A stretch of 63,606 bases of DNA, the filler included, from Nemertoderma westbladi (taxonomy: Eukaryota > Animalia > Xenacoelomorpha), in the NCBI GenBank assembly GCA_032718475.1. It is 3 parts of 3 records of this genome, joined end to end, with 100 filler letters (N's around TTAATTAATTAA, not from the genome) between each part and the next. Parts side by side here need not be neighbours in the genome. Positions count along the whole stretch, not along the records: positions 24,630 to 51,359 come from JAUCBJ010005315.1; 2 more parts are not named here. One strand, given 5' to 3'. Under the pieces are notes generated by a model. It saw only the letters and a list, made by a program, of their open reading frames with translations. It did not search any database and had not been told where the DNA came from. Each line of letters begins with the position of its first letter. The first letter of the stretch is position 1. This document shows positions 24,630 to 38,305 of this stretch, in pieces. A program made the position numbers and the translations under genes.

Positions 24630-26977
24630 CCTCAAAAATGTGAATTTTTGAAAAATGGCCACATTTGAGACCTCAGTACATTAGTCTGACAACTAGTTTA
24701 TCTGTTATTTTAGTTTTCCCGGTTAGAGTAACTCATAATGATTCGAATCATATAACTTTAGTAGGTAAACTGATAATCAGATAGTCTGTATGACTGAATA
24801 TCTGGGTGAAGAATCTGAAAAATGTCAAAAAATGCAATATTGGAGGCTCTGGCGGAGAGCTCTGATTATAGCTATGTTCATGCGCTTTTTTACCTGACAT
24901 CATTGACACAAAATGAGCACCATGTCAAAATTTGAAGAGTAAACTAGATGTTCTAGAGTGTGTATGACTCATTTTAAAATTCTAATAAATTAAAATTTTA
25001 AATGGTCCTCAAGGTGGTCTGACAAATAGTTTTTTGATAAAAATACATTTTTTCAAACAATATCCGGGCAGAAGACTATGTTTCAAAATTTAAAGCAAAA
25101 ACTAACAGTCAGACCCATTATCTGACCTACTATTGAATTATTTCGAGTAAGTATCTGATCACATGCTGCGTATGACGAGACCTTAAGTGGGGTTTCACAA
25201 TAAAAAAAATATTAAATTTGAATAGTACAGTACATATAAATTTATCCAAATAGTATAAGGCCTTAATGAACTACACAATTCTCTCGTGTGACCTTCATTT
25301 ATGAACTGATCAACAGTACTGGTATATAAATTTTGGTCGGTTATTGCACAACAATACTGATAGCTTTTGTAACATGTACATATATTTTTCAATGATATAC
25401 TGTAAATAATACGGTGATAATTTACTTAACTACTCTTAAGCCGAACTAGTTATTTTGTTATATTTTGAAAATTGTAATTTTTTATGTATTAATTACCGTA
25501 TATCATTGAAAAATATATGTACATGTTACAAAAACTATCAGTATTGTTGTGCAATAACTGACCAAAATTTATATACCAGTACTGTTGATCAGTTCATAAA
25601 TGAAGGTCACACTAGAGAATTGTGTAGTTCATTAAGGCCTTATACTGTTCGGATAAATTTATATGTACTGTACTATTCGAATTTAATATTTTTTTATTGT
25701 GATACCCCACTTAACTTAGCATAGTAGAGTAGGCCTCGTCATACAGGCATTCGGCTCTGGGCCAATGAGCAGCTGTGATTTTTATACTAGGGGCCTAATT
25801 AATTTCTTATACTAATCCGAACTAATAATATATGTGTCTGGCTGTTGTTGTTTTATATTACGAAGTATTTTTGTCATTATTACATCGTTTGAAAAATGTA
25901 TCCGTTTACCAAAACTTGCCGTATTGCGGCATTTTTAATTAATTTTAATTATTATTTGGCCTACTATTACTTAACATCAAAAACGAATTATATTTTGTTT
26001 GTCTGGCTGTTTTGATTTATATTTCGAATTAATGTATTGTTATACTGTTATATTATAATAATAGTTGGATAAAATCGATTTATATCGAGCGAGCGAGAAT
26101 TCGAGCAGCACGTGATCAGATACTTACTCGAAATAATTCAATAGTAGGTCAGATAATGGGTCTGACTGTTAGTTTTTGCTTTAAATTTTGAAATATAGTC
26201 TTCTGCCCGGATATCGTTTGAAAAAATGTATTTTTATCAAAAAACTAATTGTCAGACCACCTTGAGGACCATTTAAAATTTTAATTTATTAGAATTTTAA
26301 AATGAGTCATACACGCTCTAGAACATCTAGTTTACTCTTCAAATTTTGACATGGCGCTCATTTTGTGTCAAAGATGTCAGGTAAAAAAGCTCATGAACAT
26401 AGCTATAATCAGAGCTCTCCACCAGAGCCTCCAATATTGCATTTTTTGACATTTTTCAGATTCTTCACCCAGATATTCAGTCATACAGACTATCTGATTA
26501 TCAGTTTACCTACTAAAGTTATATGATTCGAATCATTATGAGTCACTCTAACCGGGAAAACTAAAATAACAGATAAACTAGTTGTCAGACTAATGTACTG
26601 AGGTCTCAAATGTGGACATTTTTCAAAAATTCGCATTTTTGAGGCAACTTTGAAATCGTCTGACAACTTTCTGATTAATAGTTTATTCATTTAGTAATAA
26701 AAATATTGAAGTTCAGGCATCGTTTATTTAGAATCACATACAATTAACATTAAACTGATAATCAGATCAACTGTAGACACCACTTCAAATAATGTACTTC
26801 ACTGGTTTTTGGAATTTCGCCAAATTTAAAACATCAATATTTCGAGAACGGCTAAACCAAATCGGCTGAAATTTTCACCACATCGTTTTTTCACTAGAAT
26901 TGATAAGTGGTTAAAATTTCGTCAAAAATTTCCGACCCTTGCCACACCGATTGGTCGAATTAGCATGGAATGACCCC
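24630..26977. mobile_element. Large foldback DNA transposon; left end lost in the gap
   Basis: 24630-25168 is a near-perfect reverse complement of 26105-26644, and 25170-25420 pairs with 25490-25744. The right end ...gcatggaatgaccc looks like a transposon terminus. Confidence 0.8.
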
Positions 26978-27494
26978 TAGGCCTACATCAGTTTATTTTT
27001 TTACCTTTGCAATACAGTAACAAGCTAACAACTACTGAACTAGGGCAACTATGACTTCTGTCTGTATCTGACTATGCTGCAATGAAATTCAAATTTGGGG
27101 TATAACTCAAATTTAGAGAATTAACCTAACCTTGTATTAAATTTGAGGTAATTCCAAAATTGGGTCTATAATTTGAAATTTGAGGTATTCTCAAATTTGA
27201 TGATCTCCCTGACTGCTTAAAGTCAACGACTGACTGACTGTACTGCAGCACTGGTACTGGCCAGCTGGCTGACTAGCAGACTATTACAGATAGGCCCTAC
27301 TTTAAAAAATTGTAAATGCTATGATTGTACACTGTCAGACTGTACCACTGCACACTGCAGCCATTTACTGCTGTCATGCCAGCATACTGTACTGCAGTAC
27401 TGGCTGACTGCTACACGTACGGTAGGCTACCTACAGTATACACCTCTACCACAGTTAGGCAGTTAGCGAGGTAGGTACTGGAGGTAATTTTTAG

Positions 27495-27552
27495 CCGTCA
27501 GCGTCAGGCCGTCGCCGTCAGCATCAGGCCGTCGCCGTCAGCGTCAGGCCGT
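27495..27552. repeat. Three copies of a 20-bp GC-rich tandem repeat
   Basis: gccgtcagcgtcaggccgtc x3. A hAT-like end (ccgatcgagcccta) lies at ~27753-27767. Confidence 0.8.
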
Positions 27553-27905
27553 CTGTCCATGATAAATTAATTACTTAAATTTTAAATTGAAAATTCGTAA
27601 ATCTATAAATTATGAAATTAATTATACCTACAGTATCATTGATTATGAGCGATTGGCAAACGATAACCATACTTTATTTTATTTTAAATAAATAATTAAA
27701 TTTTTAAAATTTTTGAAAAACTCCGGCTCCGGCTCCGGCCAAATTGTCCAACTCCGATCGAGCCCTACTATGTACTATGACTACTATGCTAAAATCAGCA
27801 CTACTGGTTAGATATAGGGGACCCTCCTGAGTGCTTTCTCATGAAAAAAACCCATGAAAAAGATGTGGCTCAAGTTACCGCATTTACCAAATATTACTTG
27901 TTGTC

Positions 27906-28827
27906 CGGTCTGACGAATCTGTACAAAAAAGTACAAAATAGTACAATATAGTACAAAAGAGTACAAAGGAGTACAATAAAGTGCAAAAATAGTACAAAAG
28001 AGTGCAAAAATAGTACAAAAGAGTACAAACGAGTGAGAAACGTATACAAAACGTGTACCGGGTATACCAGTGTAGTCTCCTCCCCGCTACACTACACTAC
28101 ACTTGTATATATAAATATTATTAATTGTAAGCAAATGCAACGGGACCGAATTATGCGCCGCTACAGTGTCAATCACTCGCGGCCTTGGTTCTGTGGTCAG
28201 CATGAAATGATTGACAGAACTTTGATTCATGTAGATTTTGACTGGCTTACAAGTAGAAATAGGCTACAGTTCGTATAATACAATATAATGCAATAGGCCC
28301 TACTATGCAGTGGGTAGATAAAACTCCTATAACTGAGACTCAGAATTTAGGTCATAGTCTTAAAGTAGCCCATATACTGAAGGATAGACTGTATGCTACT
28401 ATACATTATGTAGGCTATATATGTCTGTATGTACGCCTCTATCTGCAACTTTATTGAGTTCTCCCTCGGCAATTTTGCGGGCTTGGGACCGTTTTTTTGT
28501 GTTTTTTGAACACAAAAGGTTGCATTAAAACCAGATTGTATTGTAACGGGGCCTACTCTCTGACTGCTAGACAGCTAGATCAGCCCCTGCTCAATGCATG
28601 GCTCGCCCCACAATCAGACAATGCTTTGTTTTATTTTGCACATCATGTGCGCCCCACTAAACGATTTGAACTACACGTGAATGCACGTTTTGCAAGCGTT
28701 TCTCACTCGTTTGTACTCTTTTGTACTATTTTTGCACTTTATTGTACTCTTTTGTATTCTTTTGTACTATATTGTACTATTTTGTAGGCCTATTTTTTGT
28801 ACTTTTTTGTACAAATTCGTCGGACCC
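27906..28827. mobile_element. Mutator-like MITE with 9-bp TSD and (AGTACAAAAG)n subterminal arrays
   Basis: Ends cggtctgacgaat / attcgtcggaccc. TSD cttgttgtc at 27897-27905 and 28828-28836. Arms of ~140 bp built from 10-11-bp repeats. Confidence 0.88.
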
Positions 28828-29779
28828 CTTGTTGTCTAATATAAAGACAAATAGGCCATTTACAAAGTGCTAAGCATACAAAATAAAGTGTTTAAATAAA
28901 TTCATTAGTGTCTATATTCATTAACAAACTTCTGACAATACACACAATAAAAAACATGGATCAAGATATGGTACCAATTTTGAAACAGCAAATTTTTCAT
29001 ACCATAGAGTTTAAATTCATAAAAGACATAAAACATGGATTTAAATTCTTGGACTGTGCTCAATAATGTGGTAAAACGATACCCTAGTAATTATCTTCCC
29101 TAGCTTCTCATATTTAACAAGCTTCAATGTTTTCAAAGGACAAAAAGCTACAAACTCACTGATTGAAAGTCATTTGAAGTCAAGTGGCCCAGGTTATCCA
29201 CAGGGCCCAAGTATCCCCATTTGACGGTACCGGTACTGCCACTGGTTTACCGGTAAGCCTACCCACCCAGACTGCCAGTGCCAGACAGCATACAAAATCG
29301 AGATTTTTTAATTAATGGAAAGGAGCAGGTTACAGTGAGTAGCAGGCTTTTCTAACCAAAACAATAAACGATAACCAAAGAACACAGGTTACAGTCTTAT
29401 TTTTACAACCCTATAGGATATAAATTATTTTTGTCTCTTTGGGTAAGTTTTTTGGGTAATATTGTGTTTTTTTTTGGGTAAATTTTTGTGTTTTTTTGTA
29501 TTTTTGTGTGTTTTTTTGTGTATTTTTGGGTAATTTTGTGTATTTTTGGGTAATTCGTAGGACCGATATAATATAATAATTTCTGAATTCTGGAATTGCT
29601 TAATAATAATTTGACTTAAAAAAACGTACCGGTCTGCCGGTACTAAAAAATAATTTTAATTTTAATTAGGCCTATAATTGATTCTAATTATTGAATACAT
29701 GACATGAATAATACCGGTACTGTAATACTTTAGTATAAAATGCCACAAAAATTACTGTAATCACAACATAATGGGTTTG

Positions 29780-32700
29780 ACTAAATACGCCACCAACAAC
29801 CACTGACACCTTTCGCATACCACCACGTATTGTTTCGTTTATTTCTCTCTTTCAATGTTAAAAATAACCTCCACTGCATTACTGGTATACAAAATATATT
29901 AAACACATACATGTTAGTGTGGACGATTGAGAGCCAGTTTGTTAATGGTTCGATAACTGAGAACAGAGAGAAAAGGGTGATAACAGAAAAGCCATAGCTT
30001 GAAGGTTGCTACCACCGTGAGGGGGACTGGGGGGGGGGGGGACTACTGAAGAGACCTACATTAAGAAATTATAAGGTATGTACAACATAATGATAGATCG
30101 AATCTGACTAGATGAAATACCATAGAATAGCTCTCGAAAAAGAAATTTAAAAATCCAGAAATACAAAAAAGAAAAAAAAAGAAAATTAAAAAAAAAGGGA
30201 AGATTAATTATCGCTGAGAAGATGTGCCTTAAAGTTTTTGGAAAAGGTCGAAAGTTTTTGTGTGGACCGTATGATAATTGGTATCTCGTTCCAGATAATA
30301 GGGCCCTGATACTGTATGGACATTTGTCCATGGACAGTATGAAAGCGAGGAATAAAGAAATTAGTATTGTATGAACCACGAGTGTTATAGTTATGAACAG
30401 TATTAGATAAACGAAAGAGATTCGTTAAACCAGAAGGTAATAAACCATGAAACGCATCGAACATGAGCTTGGCAACATTTAACTTATACAAAGCTTGAAT
30501 GGGCAAAATTTCTAACCGACGATAAATGGGAAAAGAGTGGCAATCCCATTCACTGAATATTATAGCCCTCACAATTTTATTTACCAGAACACGAATTTTA
30601 TTAATATATGTTGGGTAGGAGCTGCCCCATAAGGCAATACCGTAGAGGATCCGTGAATTTACGAGGGAATAATATATTGATTTGAGCACCGATAGAGGCA
30701 ACAAGTGTCTGAGTTTAAAAAACAAGCCAGTAAATTTCGACACCATAGATATTACATATTTACAGTGGGACCTCCAATTCAAGTGGTTGTCAAGTATGAG
30801 ACCAAGATATTTAATTTCATTTTTACACTTTAGATTTGTATCTTTTATTTTAACTTTGGCTACATTTTCAGTGGACCGCGGGTTGTTGGAATATAAACAA
30901 TATACAGTTTTATCAATATTCAATGATAAGCGATTAGAAGCAAACCATTCCGACAACTGTTCAAGTTCAAGGTTGACATTATTTACTAGGTTGTGGGGGT
31001 TGTGATGGCTAGCGAGAAGGCTGGTGTCGTCGGCAAATAGAACTGTTAAGAGTGATGTCGCCAGGGATAAATCATCTATATACAACTAAAACAACAACGG
31101 TCCCAAGATAGACCCCTGAGGAACTCGCATTGTAATAGGTAAGCAAGTAGAATATGTATCGTTCAGCTTGACGCGTTTGTGTTCTGCAACTTAAATAACT
31201 CGAAAACATCTGTAGCGGTCTGCCATGGATTCCATATAACTCTAACTTGGAAAGCAGGATCACGTGATCCTTTGTATCGAAGGCCTTGCGGAGATCGATG
31301 TAGAGACCACAAGAAGTTATTCCGTCATCCAGTGCAGACTGCAACCTATGAGCAACATCAATAAGTGCGTGCGAGGTAGAGTGCCGCTTTCTAAAGCCAT
31401 ACTGGTTCTTGGTTACGATATGGAACTTTTCAACATAACAAGATAGCTGACAATATATGATCCATTCCAAAATTTTTCCAAAAATCGGTAGTAGGGATGT
31501 TGGTCGAAAATTGTTGGGGTCGTAGGGTGAGCTAGTTTTGTGCACGGGAACTACTGCAGCCTGTTTAAGTGTATCAGGGAAAACGCCAGCTTTAATACAT
31601 CGTTATACAAAACTGCCAGCCGACCCGCTATGATAGGGGCAGAAATCTTGACTAATTTCACGGGAAAGGCGTCATTGGTAGATTTATTTTCTGGGGTATC
31701 ATATATAATAAGGAAGAGAACTTCAAGCTCACATGTTTCACTTAAAACAAAAGAGTTCGAGCGAGAAGGTGGGAGATAAAATTGAGGTCGGGTGTGTACA
31801 GTGGGAATATCTGAAGCTAATGAAGAACCGATCGAAGTAAAAAAAACTATTAAATACGTCAGCAATTTCTCGTCGATCAGTAATAACTTCTTCATTGGTA
31901 GGGTCAATGACCTTCTACGGGCATTGACGATTCCCCTTTTTAGATATAATTCCATTCACTAGTTTCCACATTTTTGCTGGTTGTATCCCAACTTTTGTGA
32001 ATTCCTTTTCATAGTATGTTTGTTCCGCCTTTCGAATTACTTTATTGAGATTATTTCTGTATTCTGTATAGGTTCTCCAATTTGCAGCATTACTATATTT
32101 CATGTAATCAGAGAAAATAGCATTCTTTTTAACAATACTTTTGAGAATCCCAGTAGTTATCCACGGTTTCATAGGTTTTGTTTTATAAGTTGACTTTTTT
32201 ATAAGTTGAGGTGAGAGGAACATATTCTTTCAAAATTACTGAGAAAATCATTAAACTGATGTTCAGGAGATTGATCAGTATCATCCACATTGGGTTCAAA
32301 ATTAAGTACATTGAGGTCGTTTATAAAGTCGTCTTTATTAAAACTGGAGTAATCATAGTAATACGTATCACCAGGGGGTTTATAACACTTTTTATAATCA
32401 TTAAAAAATGAAAAAGTCGGGTAGTGATCCGTCGTCCCAATTTTGGATAAAAAAACACCAGCCTAGGAGAATGTTGAATTAATATTAGAAAAGAAGTGAT
32501 CAATACATGACTGAGAGTCATTATAAACACGAGTTGCTTGAGCAATAAGTTGAGAATAACCATATTGTTCAAACATATGTAAATAATCTGCCGTGCGCTG
32601 ATTCATTTTAAGAACATTGACATTAAAATCGCCTGTTAAAATTACTTGAGATTTTGATTCTATTAATAATTTAAGTTTGGATTCTATGTTGTCCAGAAAG

Positions 32701-33360
32701 GTAGTTATAGGAGTTATGGATGACTCAGGCATGTAAAAGGTACCCATAACTGCCGGCGGTAAATTAGAACCACTATCCACTTGTACCCATACATTTTCAA
32801 TATTCAAATTGTCGATGTACAAATCAGGTCGTTCAGTTGCACTGATTCCATCTCGCACATAAACAGCCACACCACCACGTGCCTGCCCATTTACCCTGTT
32901 ACATATAAAGGGTTTCTGATACCCAGGGATATTTATAAGAAGCATTCTGGAATCATCTTTCAAAAAAGTTTCGGTTAATGCTAGTATATCGAAAGGACTA
33001 TTAAGGCAAGATAAAAACAACAATAGTTCATTAATATTAAGTGAGAATATCTTTGAGATCGACATTGGATAGCCCTGTACCGAGACTAGAATTGTCCACA
33101 GAACTGTTGTCGAGATCGTGACTATCGCATTCCTCCTCGGATTCAGATTGACATGGCCGCCTACCGGTACCTTGAATAGTCTCCACAGATTTTCTTGGAC
33201 CAATGGCGACGCTTTGGAGGATTTTATTCAGATCCTTTTTATTTAGCTTGTCCCTTTTCGACTGGCTGAGCGATTGATAAGTTATGATATCCATTGTAAA
33301 ACAGATCAAATACAGAATCCAACAACCACCGACAACAAACAACAAAAGACACAAACTTTT
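29780..33360 (-). mobile_element. CR1/L2-type LINE, near full-length ORF2 (APE + RT), frameshifted
   Basis: APE motifs ILALTETFL, GGVAVYV, TGDFNVN, SCIDHFFSN; KPWITTGILKSI; RT motifs NFRPTSLLP, NQYGFRK, DLRKAFDT, LFADDT, KYLGLILD; C-terminal HNYNTRG...GPIIWNEIP. Split over several ORFs. Confidence 0.93.
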
Positions 33361-34230
33361 TTTTTATTTCATTTTTTTTTATTTTTATTTTTATAAAACT
33401 TTTTATAAATACATACGGTAGAGTGATAATAATAATAATAACCTCAATCTGGCTCAAAGTCGTAATGCATGTTGTGTATTGTTGTTATGTTGTAGTCAGT
33501 ATCTGCACTGTACTGTGGTCAGGTTGTCATAACAAGCAATGTAGTGATAGTGATATAATGTTACCGTTAATTCATAGTGTATTGAAATGATTTTCTAAGT
33601 CGTAAGTGTACAGGTAATACAAATTAAATGCATTGTTTTAAATCAACTCTTAAATAAAAAATACCGGTACTGAAATAAGATACCGGTACGAAAAAAATTC
33701 TAAAACTTATTTCATATTTCGTACCGGTACGGTACCGGTAGGCCAATTGTATCTTGGATTTTCATATACAGTCGTAGGCCTATCGTATTTCCTCAATTAA
33801 TCGCATTCGTATCACATCATGAAAAATTGTTTCGAATCATATACTGATATACAGATATAGTAGGCCTATCACTGTATCGTATCCTGTCCCTGGTTTTATG
33901 TACTGGTATGATGTGTAAGTGTATGTCCTAATACTGTAATTCTGTAACAATAATGTAATAAAATATTATTTACCATACAAAATGCCACTCCCCAACGGCA
34001 CAAAAACCACATGCAGTGGATAAACTGACGTGTGGACCAACCGACACCATTGTCTTCTCTCTAACTGGTCTAATTTGTGATGAATGAGTATTTCAGTCTT
34101 AGTTTATCTTTTTAATGTCAAAACTGGAAGGAGCGAAAAAGGAAAAGGTGAGTTTATTTTATGGAACAAATTTTTGTAATATAATATTTATACTTGTCAT
34201 CACAGCATCGCATATCATATTAAATTTTTT

Positions 34231-34478
34231 ATTGGACGGATCCAATTGGATGTTGGGTTGGACGGATCCAATTGGATGTTGGGCGGATCCAATTGGATGT
34301 TGGACGGATCCAATTGGATGTTGGATGGATCCAATTGGATTTTAGATGGATCCAATTGGATGTTGGAGTTGGACGGATCCAATTGGATGTTGGACGGACG
34401 GATCCAATTGGATGTTGGCCGGATCCAATTGGATGTTAGACGGATCCAATTGGATGTTGGACGGATCCAATTGGATGT
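34231..34478. repeat. Minisatellite, ~11 copies of a 21-bp unit with a palindromic core
   Basis: (ttggacggatccaattggatg)n; the core atccaattggat is self-complementary. Confidence 0.93.
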
Positions 34479-36385
34479 CCTTATTTCTCACACCTGTTTG
34501 TGTGTTTGTTTGAACACACAACTTCTTGCATTTAATGTTGATGGAATTCGATGAAACTTTGATGATAGGTGTTCATTATCGGACCTTTGTGTATGTATGC
34601 AAGGTTTTGGTTTTGAGGGACCTGTAGGTTGCCTAGCAACAGTGAAATTAATTGTAGAATGACCGATGATAATTGTAAAATTCACTCAATCAAGATTCTG
34701 TCGACACCCCATAGGGAACATCTATTGGACATGCTTTCTGCAAAATTTCGCTTTATTTCGCTTTAGGTTCAAATCAATTTGGTGCACACCACTTGACTGC
34801 CTGATTTTTTAGATTTTATAGAGTGACTATTGACTGTCTGACCGTGTGACTACTGAGTACTGACTGTCTGAGTGTCTTACCATATGGTTTCCTTCAATTG
34901 GTAAAGTGATCGTTTATTGTTTTGGTTAGAAAAGCCTGCCCCTGTAACCTGCTCCTTTCCCTATAAATGGGCAATTTTGAAAAAAAATCACAAGTGGTGT
35001 GCACCAAATTGATTATTCCCGTTTACAATTGTACAGTCGGTAACGGTACTTTTCCCAATGTTTCGTATTTCGTGTTTAGGCTGCCCTGCATAGGCGCGTA
35101 ATTTATTACAACAAATTGTACATACAGTACTTTGCTCAATGTTTAGTTTTTCGTTATTAGGCTGCCCTACATAGGCGTGTAATTTATTACAACAATATTG
35201 ATAGCAATGGGTCCGTCCATTATTGCAACCTCGTATGGCAAGCTTTGTTTTATAAATTACTACCGGTGTCATATGGTTGAGCTCCCCCCTCCCCTAAACA
35301 AATTAAAGCGACGAAGAAAGTGTAAGCGAACTGAACATACAGTTGTTCTGCTGTACAGGATGGATAGATTGGCAAGCCTTGCTGTTTCAACCGTTGCCTA
35401 TCCGTTACCTGTGGCAGTCTGGTACACATGTAGTCTGTCAAAAATCTGAAATCGAATTTGCGTTAACGGAACTCAGTAGTTCTCGAGTCTCCCGATAGTG
35501 CTGTAGAGGGCGACTGGGCAACAGCAAAACAAGTAACGATAATGAATTTACACGGGATGTATTTTATATTGAATGATTATTATGATTAATTACTGAATTA
35601 TATACTTGTTATTTTACACGAGATTATGCATGTTGGTTAGTAAAAGGTTAACATCATTAAAAATACACACTTTAGTTGGCATTTGTAGTATGTTGAGGGG
35701 GGATTATACACAGTATGGTATAAATGCTCGGTGGAATAGCATTGCATTGTAGAATGCAAATCGTACTGTCGTAGACGTAGACGTAGACCCACATGCCACA
35801 AATAATTATGTTGTGTTTATATAACCTAAATGTTCCGAGGTTTCTTCCTCTTCACTTTGTGCTGTGCAGCCCATGGCTATATCCATATATGGACATAAAA
35901 TGTTAATCAGACATAAGAAAATGTTCTAAAGCATATTTTATATATTCTAGAACACTGAAATTTTTTATTGCCGGCAGCTACCTGTAATATTAATTTTTAT
36001 GCCGATTGATGTTCCACAAGCACACCCTGCACATCATATTTGGGCATTCAAGGCAGCATCTGTGCCTGTGATTATCCCATAGGACCCTTGTAAAACGAGG
36101 ATCCCAGGGAAATCTGCGGATCAAATATTTAGAAGAAAATTTGAATCCCAGTACACTCGTGGATGAGGCAGGTTGATGTTAATGGCGGCCAAAATAATAA
36201 TTAAAACAGCCATTTAATCCTATGTGTCTCTAATCTATAGAAGTATTATAATAAAATAAAAACATTATCCTAGCTGGGTAAACTGTTCTTTGGGGCCGCT
36301 GCAAAGGGTAACATTTCACACATCGCACTAATTGTTTATCTGCACTACTTTGTCGTCGTTTGAATACGCGATTGTGTATTATATC

Positions 36386-38305
36386 TAGGGATGTCCCGGA
36401 ATTCCGTTCCGGCCGGAATTCCGGCGGTTTTTGCCCGATTCCGGTTCCGGCCGGAATTGCCGGAATGGGGTCAATTCCGGCCGGAATTTTACCGGAATTA
36501 CTAGGTTCCTAACTAGTTTGATAGTTGCAATTAGTTTGTTAAATTATTATCAACTTTTATATATTTTTTAAACATTATTTCCAATTAGTTTAAAATACTT
36601 TTCAACACTTGTAAAAAAGTATAGAAATGAAGTTTTCTTCGACCGTTAGATGTAACATTCAAGGATGCCAGGCATAGATGCCCCATGGGTAGCCCTTTCA
36701 AGCTTCAAACCATTCGTGCTAAATCGAAAACTGCATTGGCCCACATGGTGGGATCGAACCCACGACCTCCAGATAGATTGGAAATCAATGCAACCACTAT
36801 ACGTATACACCAAGGTGGAGTCTAACTAACCTATCTAACGAGGGAAAATTCACAGCCACCCTGTTTAGTTTATTAAAGTGAATGCAGTCTTGATGGATCT
36901 ATGTAACACATTTCCAAAAAAATTCACCTGGTCATCAAACTAAAATGGTCCCACCATGTGTTACACCACTTACTGTAGTATTCATATACAATTCACAAAA
37001 ACCATCGTAATTTACATTAACTAATGAAATGCATCAATAGGCCCGTGTCCCACTGGTCAGAATGTCAAAATGAATGCCTCCTTGCTCCATTGGTAACACA
37101 AGTCATAAGTCATTTGATAAAAAATATAAGATGTTTCTCACATTTACTGCATATTTATACCCAAAGTAACCAATCACAGGTCTCTTGTGGGATATAACAC
37201 ATGAGTCATGTGTCAAAAGGTGGAACATGGGACATAATCACTTTCGACTCATCGGTCGTAACTTACGATTTACCAGTGGAGACGCTCCCATTGAAACCAA
37301 TGTGTTCCATAATTTATTCTAACTAAGACTACATAAGACTTACCAGTGGAGCACGGGCCTTAAATAGTGGTTTTTCCAATTTGCTTATTACAATCTGCTT
37401 ATAAAATGATGTTTTTTAGATTGATCTTACAATATTTTACATTGATTTTATATTATTTTACTTTGAATTGATTATTAAATAATATGATAATATTATGATT
37501 GGTATTGTCATTGTCCAACGTATCATATAGGATGACCCCTAAAGATTTACAGCTTATTTCCATGGGGATCCTTTATGTTACTTGGTTACAAATACAATAT
37601 TACACAATTACAATTACTACTCTAACCTAAAACTAATATAAAACGTTATTACAATACATACAGGTCCTGCGAATGGTCTTTAGTTCAGTTCTGCGTCGTA
37701 GGTGCTGCATAATATATATAGTAGGTTAATTTCTATTCACAGCAAAGCCATTTCTTACCATAAATCTATTTATTCCCAGCAATAATTAAACTGTAACATG
37801 TACTATTTATTGGCCTCGTTATCGTTTATTGTTTTGGTTAAAATAACATGTCACAGTAACATGCATCTTTCCCTTAAAGACACCAGGATATTGCACCAAA
37901 GGACCTAATGGCGCGAAACTAAAGGTTTTTGGTTAACGTAGGTTTTTAGGTATGAGTCTAAATGCAAAAAACCTAACTTTTGGCCAAAGATATAGATTTT
38001 AGAAAAAAATTATATTGAATTCCCTGTCGTTCAATGCCGAAGTACCATCACGTCCCCATAAGGGCCCGGCCCAGGCCATTCTCCACTCCACCCACCTTAA
38101 TTCCCGCCAAGGTTCTGATTCCTCTCATTAACAAACTTAGCTTTAGAAATTAAAAAAAAAAACATTTGTTTCACAAAAAATTATACAGTTTCATGGGTCA
38201 TTTAGTGTATTTCACTAATTATAGAGAATTCCGGAATATTCCGGCATGTTGAATTCCGGTTCCGGTTCCGGCCAGAATCAAAATATCGATTCCGGGACAT
38301 CCCTA
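36386..38305. mobile_element. hAT-type non-autonomous transposon
   Basis: TIR tagggatgtcccggaat / attccgggacatcccta. 8-bp TSD attatatc (36378-36385, 38306-38313). Subterminal ccggaatt repeats. Confidence 0.9.
36737..36800 (-). mobile_element. tRNA-like SINE head or tRNA pseudogene fragment
   Basis: Minus strand agtggtt...ggaggtcgtgggttcgatcccacca (B box with T-stem). No convincing cloverleaf. Confidence 0.45.

Larger units (their letters stand above)
29316..34961. mobile_element. Kolobok-like (TTAA-flanked) non-autonomous element enclosing a LINE and a minisatellite
   Basis: ~50-bp inverted termini ggaaaggagcaggttacag...gcaggcttttctaaccaaaacaataaacgat at 29317-29372 and 34909-34961. TTAA on the left; the right flank is imperfect, so pairing is inferred. 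Confidence 0.5.

Noticed and set aside
25195-25724. Two near-identical ORFs on opposite strands
   Set aside because: Mirror images produced by the foldback arms; no coding signal.
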